The notes below the pieces were generated by a model. The model was not told the DNA's origin. It worked only from the letters and a program-made list of their open reading frames with translations, and made no database searches. 64,000 nt of DNA from Candidatus Saccharimonadota bacterium (GTDB lineage Bacteria > Patescibacteriota > Saccharimonadia > Saccharimonadales > Saccharimonadaceae), in assembly GCA_013333595.2 (NCBI GenBank), contig JABCON020000002.1:16849-80848 (forward strand), given 5' to 3'. Positions within the stretch are counted from its first letter, which is position 1. Each line of letters starts with the position of its first letter. The position numbers were made by a program, and so were the translations under genes. This document shows, piece by piece, positions 1 through 10,183 of this stretch.

Positions 1-360
1 ATCAAAGATCTCCAGGCGGCGCTGCGGCGCTACCTGGAGAGAAATCCGTACAATGCGGACCCCAAGCGGGGTCGGGTTAATGTCCGGGTGTCCCTGGGGA
101 CGCTCGGTATTGGTCCGCTGTCTCTTACCCTACGGGGTGAAGGACAAGCCATTGTGATCGACATCTGCCGTATGAGCAGATGCGAGTTCGACGAAACCGG
201 CAGCAAACTTTGGCTGCGCACTAACCGCTACCGCAAAATGAAGCGGTCTGCGGTTATCTGCATCAACTTTAGTGAAGGAACGGTCACTGTGGACCGCGAC
301 TTCAAAGAGTTCCTTGATTCACATCGAAAGGAGGTGACACCAGCCCTCACGCCAGCCTAA
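1..360 (+). CDS. hypothetical protein, 5'-truncated by window edge
   Basis: Frame of ORF 88..360 is open back to base 1 (IKDLQAALRRYLERNPY...); followed directly by a terminator. Confidence 0.6.
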   Translation: MKDLQAALRRYLERNPYNADPKRGRVNVRVSLGTLGIGPLSLTLRGEGQAIVIDICRMSRCEFDETGSKLWLRTNRYRKMKRSAVICINFSEGTVTVDRDFKEFLDSHRKEVTPALTPA

Positions 361-373
361 AATACTAGGCCTT

Positions 374-400
374 CCCCACGCTCTATACGCGTGGGGTTTT
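374..400 (+). terminator. intrinsic terminator
   Basis: CCCCACGC-tctatac-GCGTGGGG followed by TTTT. Confidence 0.8.
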
Positions 401-461
401 CTCTTTCTATGGCGTGGTGGCCGCGGCCCTACTGGTGTGCCGGGCTGCTTACGAGGTGCTC

Positions 462-1739
462 CTACTGAGGCTTACGGGGCGTTGTGTGCTGCTGCAAAAC
501 CTGCCGGTATAGCTGGCAGTAGGCAGTGGCGGTTGCTTCGGGCGATAGATCGGCCAGGGCATGCTGCGCCCCGGCAGCCAGGGTGTGGCGGGTGCTATCA
601 TCTGCCAGTTGCTGCATACCAGCCGCCAGCTGCTTGATACTTGGGCCCACTAGCAGGCTATTGGTCGGGCTTAGGCCAACATCCAGCCGGTCATCGCAGT
701 ACAGGACTGGCAGGCCGGCCGCCAACGATTCAGGGATAACAATCGGCTGGTTATCGAACCGGTACGAAGCCAGCACAAAAGCGTCGGCATCACGCAAGGC
801 CTGGGCAATATCCTCCAGCCGCTGCACTTGGCCAGTAAAGGTAATGCTGGGCTTATGGGTGCCCCTCAGGCTCTTAAGCTTGAGCTTGGCCTTGGTTTCG
901 AGCCGGCTGCGTTCCTGGCCATCACCAATAATGACGAGCTCGCTGCCAGGGATATTGGCTTTCGTAAAGGCACTAATGACGCGCCCCAAGCGCTTTTCTT
1001 TCACCAGCCGGCTAATGCTTACAAAGCGTAGACCGGTGCCGCTGCGGCGGCGGTGGGTACGCTGCAAAATACGCTGAAACGTGCGGTTGTAGCCGGTGGG
1101 GATTGTTGTGCCGGTGATACTAACTGGCCCGGCGGCAGTGCGAATATAGCGTAGCATGTAGTGCGATGGCGTGGTAACAGCCGTGACGGCCTGGGCCACA
1201 ATCGCCTGCGACCGCCAATCAAACCGGGCAATGGCGCTTTCGCCTGGCAGTGTAATACGGCCTGCCCGCTGCGGCCGGGTGCGGTGGGCGCTCGCCAGCA
1301 TATAGGCAACTAACCGGTAGCCCAGGCTACTTAGGCAGGTTAGGATGGGCTGCGTGCGGTGGGCGCCGGCCATATTGGTATGGAAGGTGTGCACGTGTGG
1401 AATACCAAGCTGGCGGGCCAGGCGAGCGCTGAGTAGCAGCGCACCGGTGTCCGTTTGGCTATGGATAATATCAAACTGGTGCTGGCGGGCCAACTGGCGG
1501 GCAAAGCGCCGGCTGCAGCGCACAATACTGGTGTGGCGCGGCAGCCCCGGCAGGCGCCGTGACGGCAAGGCAATGGTGGTAATACCCTGGGGTGGCTCCA
1601 GGCCGGTGGCTGGTGCCAGTAAGGTTACCTGGTGGCCCAGGGCAGTGAGTTCTTCGAGCTGAGTTTGGACGCTCCTACCGACGCCGCTGCTGGCAGGGTA
1701 GATATCATCAATCACAAGGGCAATCCGCAGGCGTTTCAT
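462..1739 (-). CDS. GT4 (GT-B) glycosyltransferase
   Basis: N-terminal RIALVIDDIYPASSGV, DIIHSQT, SRLVKEKR, DNQPIVIPESLAAGLPV; -10 box 7 nt upstream of ATG. Confidence 0.9.
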   Translation of the reverse strand: MKRLRIALVIDDIYPASSGVGRSVQTQLEELTALGHQVTLLAPATGLEPPQGITTIALPSRRLPGLPRHTSIVRCSRRFARQLARQHQFDIIHSQTDTGALLLSARLARQLGIPHVHTFHTNMAGAHRTQPILTCLSSLGYRLVAYMLASAHRTRPQRAGRITLPGESAIARFDWRSQAIVAQAVTAVTTPSHYMLRYIRTAAGPVSITGTTIPTGYNRTFQRILQRTHRRRSGTGLRFVSISRLVKEKRLGRVISAFTKANIPGSELVIIGDGQERSRLETKAKLKLKSLRGTHKPSITFTGQVQRLEDIAQALRDADAFVLASYRFDNQPIVIPESLAAGLPVLYCDDRLDVGLSPTNSLLVGPSIKQLAAGMQQLADDSTRHTLAAGAQHALADLSPEATATAYCQLYRQVLQQHTTPRKPQ

Positions 1740-1795
1740 GGCACTTATTATACCACGAGTGGCCGCCCCAGCGCAGAATACGCTATAATGGGTAT

Positions 1796-2626
1796 ATGTA
1801 TGAACCCCAGTCGCTTGCAGCTATCTACGATGACCTTGGCTGTAGCCAGCACCAGCAGCAGGGTGTTGCCTGGTATGAATGCAACCCCCAGGGGCGCCGG
1901 CGAGTTGTGCTCCTGCATGGTGTGACCGGTGGTAACCGCGATATGCTGCCACTGGCGCGCTGCTACGTTGCGGCCGGCTATGGGGTGGTGATGGTTGGCC
2001 TGCCTGGGCACGATGGCACCCAGCTGCCAGAGCTCGCCAGCTTTACGGACCTGGCTGATTGGCTGCGCCACGCCCTGGGCGTGATTGGCCAGCCGGTGGA
2101 TGCAATTATTAGTAATTCCTATGCCTCGGCTATTGTGTACCAGGCTATGCGCCAGGGCTATATCCCGGCTGATACACCAGTCGTGTTGGCCTGCCCAACG
2201 CCACAGCCGTCATCGATGGCTAATTTGCTACAGGCGGTATCGAGCCACGCCCCAGAGCGCGTTGTATGGACGGCCTACAATAGCACCCCGGTGCGCTCGG
2301 CTCGCACATCCATCCTGCTCCAAACAAAGAACAAAACCGCCCGGGCCTGGCTACACGAATCCGAAAAGCACAAGGCTGCTTACACCACCCTGCGGGCAAC
2401 GAATCTACTTACCTCCCTACTCTATAACGACAACCCGTACCACCACCCCTTACCGCCTGCTTCCCAGGCAGCTACCATCGTTATTATGGGCACCAAGGAC
2501 AATGTGGTCACGGCGGATTCCCGCACCCATATGCAGCGGCTCATGCCCCATGCCCAGTTTATCGATGCCCACGGCGCCGGCCATATTCTGCACTTTGAGG
2601 CGCTAGAATCGTATCCTATGGTATAA
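1796..2626 (+). CDS. alpha/beta-fold hydrolase
   Basis: VVLLHGVTG, LPGHDG, variant nucleophile elbow SNSYA, GTKDNVV, GAGHILHFE. Confidence 0.85.
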   Translation: MYEPQSLAAIYDDLGCSQHQQQGVAWYECNPQGRRRVVLLHGVTGGNRDMLPLARCYVAAGYGVVMVGLPGHDGTQLPELASFTDLADWLRHALGVIGQPVDAIISNSYASAIVYQAMRQGYIPADTPVVLACPTPQPSSMANLLQAVSSHAPERVVWTAYNSTPVRSARTSILLQTKNKTARAWLHESEKHKAAYTTLRATNLLTSLLYNDNPYHHPLPPASQAATIVIMGTKDNVVTADSRTHMQRLMPHAQFIDAHGAGHILHFEALESYPMV

Positions 2627-2633
2627 TAGCCCC

Positions 2634-3887
2634 ATGAGGATTGGGATCTTTATAGATGACTACCTGCCATCTGTGCACGGTGTGGCTACGTCGACAGCTG
2701 CTTTAAAGCAGGCGCTGACTGATTTAGGCCACGAGGTGTTTATTATTGCTCCCAAAAGTGAGGACTACGAGGATAACGACGACCACGTCATTCGCCTGCC
2801 ATCGGCCAAAAACTACGTGTTCGATAAGCGCGAGACGGCCGTTATTTACCCGGGGCTGGCCCGCAAGCTGGATGAATATAAGTTTGATGTGGTGCACAGC
2901 CAAATGCAGTTTTATATGGGTGTGCTGGCTCACAGCGTGGCTCGCCGCCAGAATATTCCCCATATTACGACCATCCATACACTATATAGCGAACTGATTG
3001 ATGACTACCCCTTTATGGTGACTGCTGGGGTGATTGCCCTGACGGTGGCCTTCCCGGTGGTGTTTCGCACCAAGCCGATTCTGCCGGTTAGCTCGCGCGA
3101 GCAGCTTTCTGGCATGGGCCGCGGGGCAATTAAGGATATTCTTTCCCGCCAGGGTTGGCGCCTGACGGCTGCCTTTGCCAACCAGTGCGATGCTTGTATT
3201 TCGCCGTCGCGCCACCTGGCCCAGCTACTGGTAGATGAGGGCGGCCTGCAGGTACCGTGCCATATTATTCCGAATGGCATCCCTATGCAGCGCTACCGCC
3301 AAGCGCGGGTTGGTAATTCACCAATTACCAAGCACCGGGGCGAAAAGTTTATTATTTCTGTAGCCCGCCTCAGCCCAGAAAAGCGCCAGCAAGCACTGAT
3401 CGAAGCCCTGCCGCACATACCCGGCCAGCATATTAAGCTGGTGCTGGTTGGTGGTGGCCCGTTCGAGGCCGAGCTGCGCCAGCGCGCCCAGGAACTTGGC
3501 GTGGCAGAGCGCGTGATCTTTACCGGTATGCAGTCGCCCGAGGCCGTGGCGGCGCTGCTTAAGCAAGCCGATGTCTTCTCGCTGGCTTCGTACCATTTTG
3601 ATAACCAGCCGATGACCTTCCTCGAGGCAGCATCAAGCGGCCTGCCGATCGTCTACTGCGACGAGCGCATGACCGAAGGCTTAACGCCGCACAACGCTAT
3701 TCTGACGAGTGGCATTGAAGGCCAGGATTTTGCGACCGTCTTTAATGAATTATTTGCCGACCCAGAGCGGCTGAAGGCACTCGGCCGCGGCTCGCGCCAG
3801 GTAGCTCGCCAGTTTGATGCTAGCATGCTGGCGCGCAAGGTGGTGGCTGTGTACCAGGAACTAATCGACGCCCGCACTGCCGCTTAG
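2634..3887 (+). CDS. GT4 glycosyltransferase (diacylglycerol glycosyltransferase-like)
   Basis: MRIGIFIDDYLPSVHGVATS, DVVHSQ, IPNGI, ARLSPEKR, DNQPMTFLEAASSGLPIV. Confidence 0.9.
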   Translation: MRIGIFIDDYLPSVHGVATSTAALKQALTDLGHEVFIIAPKSEDYEDNDDHVIRLPSAKNYVFDKRETAVIYPGLARKLDEYKFDVVHSQMQFYMGVLAHSVARRQNIPHITTIHTLYSELIDDYPFMVTAGVIALTVAFPVVFRTKPILPVSSREQLSGMGRGAIKDILSRQGWRLTAAFANQCDACISPSRHLAQLLVDEGGLQVPCHIIPNGIPMQRYRQARVGNSPITKHRGEKFIISVARLSPEKRQQALIEALPHIPGQHIKLVLVGGGPFEAELRQRAQELGVAERVIFTGMQSPEAVAALLKQADVFSLASYHFDNQPMTFLEAASSGLPIVYCDERMTEGLTPHNAILTSGIEGQDFATVFNELFADPERLKALGRGSRQVARQFDASMLARKVVAVYQELIDARTAA

Positions 3888-4363
3888 CGCCACTGCCGCA
3901 TGGCGCGGCGGCTTTCGCGTTCGGCTTGGCGGCGCTTAAGGGTTTCGCGCTTATCGTGCTGCTTTTTACCAATACCAGTGGCAATCACTAGCTTAATGTA
4001 GCGCCCCGTCACAATCATGCGTAGGGGTACAATGGTGCTACCCTGCTGCTTGCTGGCAGCCAGCTGGCTAATCTGGCTACGGCGGGCTAGCAGCTTAATG
4101 GGCTCGGTGCTGATACTACGGGCACCCGGCTTGCCGCGCTCATTGAGGCGCAGGCTAAAGCTGGCGTTATTCAGCCATAGCTCGTGGCCACGGATGGTTA
4201 CAAAGGCGCCCTTTAGCTGCACGTGGCCATCGCGGGCGGCCCGGACTTCGCGCCCCGTCAGCACCATGCCAACGGTTAGCTCATCCCCCAGGGTATAATC
4301 AAACCGAGCCCGCCGGTTGGTGATGTGCGGTGTATTGGTGTGGGTGCGTGGGTGGCGTGACAT
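3884..4363 (-). CDS. smpB: SsrA-binding protein SmpB
   Basis: NRRARFDY, GMVLTGREV, GKKQHDKRETLKRR. Confidence 0.95.
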   Translation of the reverse strand: MSRHPRTHTNTPHITNRRARFDYTLGDELTVGMVLTGREVRAARDGHVQLKGAFVTIRGHELWLNNASFSLRLNERGKPGARSISTEPIKLLARRSQISQLAASKQQGSTIVPLRMIVTGRYIKLVIATGIGKKQHDKRETLKRRQAERESRRAMRQWR

Positions 4364-4429
4364 ATGGGTTTATTATAGCACTGCCGGGCGATTCTAGCAC
4401 TCCCCCCACCCACCTGGTATACTAAAAGT

Positions 4430-5140
4430 ATGCATACACGAATCTTACTGAAACTTTCTGGTGAACAATTACAAGGCAAATTTAGCAGCGGTTTTGATGC
4501 CGAGCGCGCAGTTTGGATTGCTAACGAAGTCAAGCACATTATTGATGCTGGTACGCAGCTAGTGGTGATGATTGGCGGCGGCAATTATGCCCGTGGCGCC
4601 CAGCTGGCGGGCAATGGCATTAACCGCGTTACGGCGGATAATATTGGCATGCTGGCCACCACTATGAACGCCCTAGCCCTGGCGGATGTATTTAATGCCC
4701 AAGGGGTGGAGGCCCGCGCGCTTTCGAATATCAAGGCGGACCAAGTGCTCGACCAGTTTACCCACCGGCGGGCACTGAGCCACCTTACCAAGCACCGCGT
4801 GGTGATTGTGGCTGGCGGCATCGGCCGGCCTTACCTGACGACCGATACAGCTGCGGTTAGCCTGGCCCTAGAGCTTGACTGCGATGTGATTATCAAAGCT
4901 ACCAAGGTGGACGGCGTATACGATAGCGACCCCGCTACCAACCCTGCCGCGACCCGCTACCCGCACCTAACCCTACAGCAGGCGGTAGAGCGCCCTGATA
5001 TTAAGGTGATGGATAAAGCCGCCATTGCCCTGGCAGCGGACTACGGCCAGCCGATTATTGTGTGTAAGCTGCTCGAGCCCGGCACGATTGCCGCTGCTGC
5101 CGCCGGCCAACCGGTGGGCACGCATATCACCAGGCAGTAA
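4430..5140 (+). CDS. pyrH: UMP kinase
   Basis: RILLKLSGE, IGGGNYARG, GMLATTMNAL, TTDTAA, KVDGVYDSDP, KVMD. Confidence 0.95.
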   Translation: MHTRILLKLSGEQLQGKFSSGFDAERAVWIANEVKHIIDAGTQLVVMIGGGNYARGAQLAGNGINRVTADNIGMLATTMNALALADVFNAQGVEARALSNIKADQVLDQFTHRRALSHLTKHRVVIVAGGIGRPYLTTDTAAVSLALELDCDVIIKATKVDGVYDSDPATNPAATRYPHLTLQQAVERPDIKVMDKAAIALAADYGQPIIVCKLLEPGTIAAAAAGQPVGTHITRQ

Positions 5141-5148
5141 GCACTGCT

Positions 5149-5177
5149 TTGACTTCATGCTAGATTTATAGTATAAT
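5149..5177 (+). promoter_or_regulatory. sigma70-type promoter
   Basis: TTGACT-17 nt-TATAAT. Confidence 0.75.
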
Positions 5178-5298
5178 TTGGCACGTGTAGTGGCCCTGTA
5201 TTACCCAGGTGAGCCGCTACAGGTTGTTTGATAGGTTTTTATGTTTACACGGGTGCCGATGGTCGGTGCCCAGCTTTTGTAGAGGAAGGTGAAGGATA

Positions 5299-6354
5299 AT
5301 GTCTTTCGTAAAACGGCTGCGCGCTGGCGTAGCCGCCTTTAGTAACCCCCCGAGTGAGGGGTCTGCGGCGCCACCCGGCGCTGCGGCCACCCCCACCTCA
5401 ACGCCGGCCCCGGCTGCTGCGCCGGCCCCAACGGTCGGTCCTTGGCTGGACCGCGCCCGGCGCGGTACTGTCAAGGCTATTCTTGTCCTCCTGGCCGCAG
5501 TGGTTCTGCTGTGGTTGGGGGGTAAATTACTTGGGGGCTTTTTGGGTTTTATAACCCTGCCCCTCAGCTGGATCGACCCCCTCGATCCGGCGTTGAGTTT
5601 GCTCTATCTGAGCAATCTCAACGTTGTGTTTAGCCTATTATACCCGGTGCTAATTGCACTGGGTATCATCTACGTAGTCGGCCTGGTCTTCGAGGGCCGC
5701 GTCGTGGTCTTTAATGACCGCGACAGTATCTGGCCCGGGCTGCCCTACCTCACCATTTTTTTGGTAGGTGGGGTAAAATGCGCCCATACTGCGCTGGCTG
5801 ACTGGGGGCTGTGGTACACACGGCCCTTCGTCGGCTTCCTGTGTGGAGTGCTGGGCTTTGGCCTGGTGGGCGTGTTCTTTGTAGCACGCGCCCGCCAAGC
5901 CCGGGACCCCAAGCTGGGGTTCCGGCCGGTGGCCGTGGCCCGCGCCCTGGTGGCGGGCTGGTACACCAGCATGTGTATACTGGTGGCTGTAGCCCTGGTG
6001 GGCTATGGTATTACCGCCACCTTCCAGGTGCCGGCTGGTGCCATTCAGGCCAGCTACGTCTGGCATAACTGGTACCTGCTATATTTTGCAATGGTACCGT
6101 TCGGAGCCTTCAACTGGCTCCGGTGCCAGCTAGCTGATCGCAGGAATGGCGTCCCGGATGAGGGGGATTACTACCCCATCTGGGATAGCCGATGCGAACT
6201 ACGGCAGCGCAGTGCGGCACCCACCGCACCACCTGCTGCCGCCGCGCCAGTGCCTGCCGAGGCCCCGGCCGAAGACCAGCCTGCAGCTAAACCTGCCGAA
6301 ACCGGCGAAGAATATAACGACGCCGACTTCGGCAAAGCGGCGCCCCCTGCCTAA
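5299..6354 (+). CDS. hypothetical multi-pass membrane protein with Pro/Ala-rich termini
   Basis: 351-aa ORF, several hydrophobic segments, SD-like GAAGGA upstream, own promoter and terminator. Confidence 0.75.
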   Translation: MSFVKRLRAGVAAFSNPPSEGSAAPPGAAATPTSTPAPAAAPAPTVGPWLDRARRGTVKAILVLLAAVVLLWLGGKLLGGFLGFITLPLSWIDPLDPALSLLYLSNLNVVFSLLYPVLIALGIIYVVGLVFEGRVVVFNDRDSIWPGLPYLTIFLVGGVKCAHTALADWGLWYTRPFVGFLCGVLGFGLVGVFFVARARQARDPKLGFRPVAVARALVAGWYTSMCILVAVALVGYGITATFQVPAGAIQASYVWHNWYLLYFAMVPFGAFNWLRCQLADRRNGVPDEGDYYPIWDSRCELRQRSAAPTAPPAAAAPVPAEAPAEDQPAAKPAETGEEYNDADFGKAAPPA

Positions 6355-6414
6355 GGGGAGCGCGGGGTAGCCCATAGCCGTGTGGCCGCCCCCAGTGTAT
6401 GAACCTATCCAGCC

Positions 6415-6446
6415 AACCCCCGCTCATTACCGAGCGGGGGTTCTTC
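6415..6446 (+). terminator. intrinsic terminator
   Basis: AACCCCCGCTC-attacc-GAGCGGGGGTT then CTTC. Confidence 0.75.
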
Positions 6447-6467
6447 ATTATACGGTGGGCATAAAGT

Positions 6468-6507
6468 AAAAACCGCCCCCTATTGCATATGCTACATAGG
6501 TGGCGGT
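6468..6507 (-). terminator. intrinsic terminator
   Basis: Minus strand ACCGCCACCTATG...ATAGGGGGCGGT followed by TTTT. Confidence 0.65.
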
Positions 6508-6514
6508 GGCGGGG

Positions 6515-6829
6515 TTAGACTACAGTAAATAGCATGGTAGAGCCTTTACTGCCACGGTAAATTCCGTGGAGCAGCCCCTTTTGTTCATGGCCATGAAGGC
6601 CTATCGTGCAGGGTGCGCTAGCTAGAGTCATTTCACCGCCTTTCATAAACTCAGTGAAACCAGCCCAGCTAGTGAGCCGGAGCTTTGTTCCATACTCCGT
6701 TTCTATCTCACAGCCCTCCCGGACTTGCATGGCCGAGAGACGGGACGGCAGTATTGTGATCTCATACTCTCCCTCCATGGGGAAAGAGGTTTGCGAAATA
6801 GCTTTCTGCAAACGGACCGAGGCGCTCAC
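6515..6829 (-). CDS. hypothetical protein (orphan)
   Basis: Part of ORF 6515..6937; GTG at 6829 preceded by GAAGGGAG; TATACT -10 upstream; terminator downstream. Confidence 0.55.
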   Translation of the reverse strand: MSASVRLQKAISQTSFPMEGEYEITILPSRLSAMQVREGCEIETEYGTKLRLTSWAGFTEFMKGGEMTLASAPCTIGLHGHEQKGLLHGIYRGSKGSTMLFTVV

Positions 6830-7025
6830 AGTCGCGCTCCCTTCGTGTCGTAGGTGCACCCCGCGTTCCCCGCGGCGGTGGCTGGCCTGTGTGTAGGCAG
6901 CACGGGCTAGTATACACCAGCTAGCGGTAGCTGGCAAGCCTCTTACTACCCACGCTTTGCGTCTCTGTTATAGCTATATTTTACTGCTTTCTACCCACCA
7001 GGCGGCGGAGTGGTATAATAGTACT

Positions 7026-8726
7026 ATGATTGCCGATATCCACATTACCGAAAAGAGCGTTGCGAGCAAGCAGTTGATGCATAACGTGGCGCTGAGTGTG
7101 GATGATGGCGAAAAGGTCGGTATCGTTGGGCGTAATGGTGTGGGTAAAAGCACCCTCTTTGGTATGCTGGCGGGCCGGGATGATGACTACGCCGGCCGCA
7201 TTACCTACCGGCGTGGGATTACAGTGGCCAGCACCGCCCAGGAGCACCACGGAATGGATACAGTAGCGGTGGTAGAATATATCCTGCAGGGGCTACCGGA
7301 ATACACGCAGCTGCGCCACATTATCGATACCTACCCCGATACAATGGGCAGCAATATGCGCAAAATTACCGAATACACCGAGGCGCTGGAGCGCTTTAGC
7401 CAAAAGGGTTTTTACCATGTAGAAGAAGAAATTACCGCTACGCTGGCGGACTTTGGGCTTGGTGGCCTGGGCAGTGCGCTGCTAGGCCAGCTTTCGGGCG
7501 GGCAAAAGCGGTTGGTAGAAATCATCAAAATCATGCATGCCAAAGCCCACCTGGCCCTGATCGATGAGCCCACCAACCACATGGACTACGCCGCCAAGCA
7601 GCGGTTTATTAGCTGGATGAAGGCCCAGGCGCGTATGGCCATGCTGATTATTACGCACGACCGCGACGTGCTTGGGGAGGTGGATAGGATTATAGAGCTT
7701 AAGGATGGCACCAGCGTCAGCTATCCGGGTAACTACCAGGCCTATCTGCGCCAGAATGCCAGCCGCACTAGCGCCCATATGCATGAGTACGAGGTAACTC
7801 AGCGCCAGATCGATAACCTGCAAAAGCGGGTGCAGTTTGCTCGTAGCAAAAAGGCCAGCTGGGGCGGCACCGCCGATAAGCGCAACCCCTTTGTAGTGAT
7901 GGAAGCCAAAGCTCTGAAGGAAATCAGCCAGTTGCAGGCGCTCGAAAAGCCTAGTTTTTGGATTGATAAAACCTCAGCCGAGCAGCTGGATTTTAAGGCG
8001 TCTGCGCGCTACCGCAAATACAAGGCCCGCAACATCCGCATTGGCGTTGACGGGGACGCCAGCCGTAGTACGCGTGTGCTGGCGCGGGCCAGCGACCTAG
8101 CCCTTGGCTATGGGGATGATATTCTGTTTGAGGGGGTGGCGATCGACCTACGTGAAGGCGAAGCGCTGGAGCTACGTGGCCGCAATGGGGCGGGCAAAAC
8201 CACGCTGGTGCGGGCGTTGCTTGCGGCTCAAGGCCAGGCTAACCCGCACGCTGGTGAGCGTACTAGTACCCTAGCGCCCCACGCACAGCCGGTCATGTAT
8301 AGCGGTGAGTTGTGGCTAGACCCAAGCGCGGTGGTGGGCGTGTACGAGCAAGAAATCAGCCAGCGCTACCTGGCAAAGCCACTTGAAGAAGCCATAGAGG
8401 AGCTCTACCTGGCGCGCGGGCTCAGTATTACTACCACCAAAATCCGCCAACTGTGTGCCGACTACCTATTTGGCGATACGGAGCGCACGACGCCGCTCGG
8501 GCAGTTATCTGGCGGGCAAAAAGCGCGTTTTCAGATTATTCGCATGCTGGCAGGTGATCCAAAACTATTGATTCTAGATGAGCCCACCAACCACCTGGAT
8601 CTACCGAGTATAGAAGAGCTCGAAACTGCCCTGGCGCGCTACAGCGGTGCGATTCTATACATTAGCCACGATGATTACTTCCGTACGCACCTAGGCGGCC
8701 AGGTGGTGCAAATTGGCCCGGCCTAG
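7026..8726 (+). CDS. ABC-F family ATP-binding protein
   Basis: Two ABC domains (GRNGVGKST/LSGGQ/DEPTNH; GRNGAGKTT/LSGGQ/LDEPTNHLD), no TM segments; start placed after TGGTATAAT. Confidence 0.92.
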   Translation: MIADIHITEKSVASKQLMHNVALSVDDGEKVGIVGRNGVGKSTLFGMLAGRDDDYAGRITYRRGITVASTAQEHHGMDTVAVVEYILQGLPEYTQLRHIIDTYPDTMGSNMRKITEYTEALERFSQKGFYHVEEEITATLADFGLGGLGSALLGQLSGGQKRLVEIIKIMHAKAHLALIDEPTNHMDYAAKQRFISWMKAQARMAMLIITHDRDVLGEVDRIIELKDGTSVSYPGNYQAYLRQNASRTSAHMHEYEVTQRQIDNLQKRVQFARSKKASWGGTADKRNPFVVMEAKALKEISQLQALEKPSFWIDKTSAEQLDFKASARYRKYKARNIRIGVDGDASRSTRVLARASDLALGYGDDILFEGVAIDLREGEALELRGRNGAGKTTLVRALLAAQGQANPHAGERTSTLAPHAQPVMYSGELWLDPSAVVGVYEQEISQRYLAKPLEEAIEELYLARGLSITTTKIRQLCADYLFGDTERTTPLGQLSGGQKARFQIIRMLAGDPKLLILDEPTNHLDLPSIEELETALARYSGAILYISHDDYFRTHLGGQVVQIGPA

Positions 8727-8818
8727 CTCCGTATACTACGCGCCCCGCGCGTGCTGGCTTAGTATCCCCGCGTGGCTGGGGCAGTCGTGGCTACTATAGT
8801 ACGGTAAACTAGTATAGC

Positions 8819-8857
8819 AAACCGCCCGGGGCTCTATAGGCAAACCCGGGCGGTTTA
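8819..8857. terminator. bidirectional terminator hairpin
   Basis: AAACCGCCCGGG...CCCGGGCGGTTT between convergent genes. Confidence 0.7.
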
Positions 8858-8884
8858 GGGTTTAAGTAGTGTGTGGGCTGCTGG

Positions 8885-9157
8885 CTAGTCTTTAAGCAGC
8901 TGCTTTTGGCGCAGTGATTCTTCAAGCGCCGGGCGGTCAAAACCAATGATGATATCGCCATCGATATCGGTGACTGGTACGCCGCGGAAGTCGCCATCCA
9001 GCTTAGCCATCAGTTCATCGTGGGCGGTTTTATCGGCTTCAATATCCTTGCTGGTAAAAGCTACACCCAGGCTTTCCAGCCACTGCTTTTCAGTCTGGCA
9101 AAAGCCACACCAGCTGGTGCTATATACCGTTACCTGTGGGGTTGTGCTATCACTCAT
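8885..9157 (-). CDS. glutaredoxin/NrdH-like redoxin
   Basis: VYSTSWCGFC, GVPVTDIDG, IIGFD; SD GGAGG. Confidence 0.9.
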   Translation of the reverse strand: MSDSTTPQVTVYSTSWCGFCQTEKQWLESLGVAFTSKDIEADKTAHDELMAKLDGDFRGVPVTDIDGDIIIGFDRPALEESLRQKQLLKD

Positions 9158-9300
9158 TCGTGTTCCTCCGTTTAATGCTACTTACTAGTATAGCAAAGTG
9201 TGGGGGTGCCTGGCTAGCATGTCTTGGCTTCGTCCTTGCGAACGGGGCTGATAGGCGCGAGCACTGGCCCAGGCGATTACGAAACGTTATAATAAACCGT

Positions 9301-10179
9301 ATGATACCCTCCCCCGCCGCACCACCACAGGCAGGCGCTGTACGGCTGCCAGGTGGCGTCGTTGTGCGCTATTGGGTCTATAATGCGCAGTCGGCTGGCC
9401 CTAGCATGGTGCTGGTGCACGGCTTAGCAGGCAGCCACCATGGGTTTGAGGCACTGGCCGCGCAGCTACCAGGCGTGCAGCTGATTGTGCCCGATGTGCC
9501 GGGCTTTGGCTACAGTAGCCTGCCACCTCGGCGGGACTGGACGGTCGCGGGCCTTGCGCGGCTGCTGAACCAGTTTGTGGCGGCGCTTGCTATGCAGTCG
9601 CCACCCTACCTGCTGGGGCATTCTATGGGTGGCCTGGTGGCAAGCTGTATGGTAGCGCAGCGCCCAGAGCTCTACCAGCGCAAGCTTGTGCTGCTGAGCC
9701 CCGTCCCAACCCCAGTTACGTGGCGGGATTCACGCTGGCCAGGCATGCTGGCGGGTGCAGTGCATTACACAATTGGGGCCACAACTGGCCCGGTTGGTAG
9801 CCGCTTGGTGCGCAGCAAGGCGCTGACGTGGGCGGTAACGGCCGGTATGCTGCGGACGCGCGATACACGGGTGCGCCGCGCTATGCACCGGCAGAATTTA
9901 TACCACCGCACCCTGGTATCGAGCCCGCAATTTTACCGCCAGCTGTACGGTGATATCAATGCCCGCGGCGCGATTGATTACACCCCCACCCTACGCCGCC
10001 ACCAGGTACTGCTGATTGCTGGGCTGAAGGATAACGTCACCCCTACCAGCCAAATGGATCGGCTGGCCCAGGCGATCACCCCAGCTCAATACGTGGTGCT
10101 GCCGGGCACGGGCCACTTGCTCCATATGGAAGCCACCCTGGCTATTGCTGGGGCAGTGCGGCGGTTTTTGGTATGCTAG
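9301..10179 (+). CDS. alpha/beta-fold hydrolase
   Basis: VLVHGLAG, DVPGFGYS, GHSMGG, GTGHLLHME; start after TATAAT. Confidence 0.9.
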   Translation: MIPSPAAPPQAGAVRLPGGVVVRYWVYNAQSAGPSMVLVHGLAGSHHGFEALAAQLPGVQLIVPDVPGFGYSSLPPRRDWTVAGLARLLNQFVAALAMQSPPYLLGHSMGGLVASCMVAQRPELYQRKLVLLSPVPTPVTWRDSRWPGMLAGAVHYTIGATTGPVGSRLVRSKALTWAVTAGMLRTRDTRVRRAMHRQNLYHRTLVSSPQFYRQLYGDINARGAIDYTPTLRRHQVLLIAGLKDNVTPTSQMDRLAQAITPAQYVVLPGTGHLLHMEATLAIAGAVRRFLVC

Positions 10180-10183
10180 GGGT

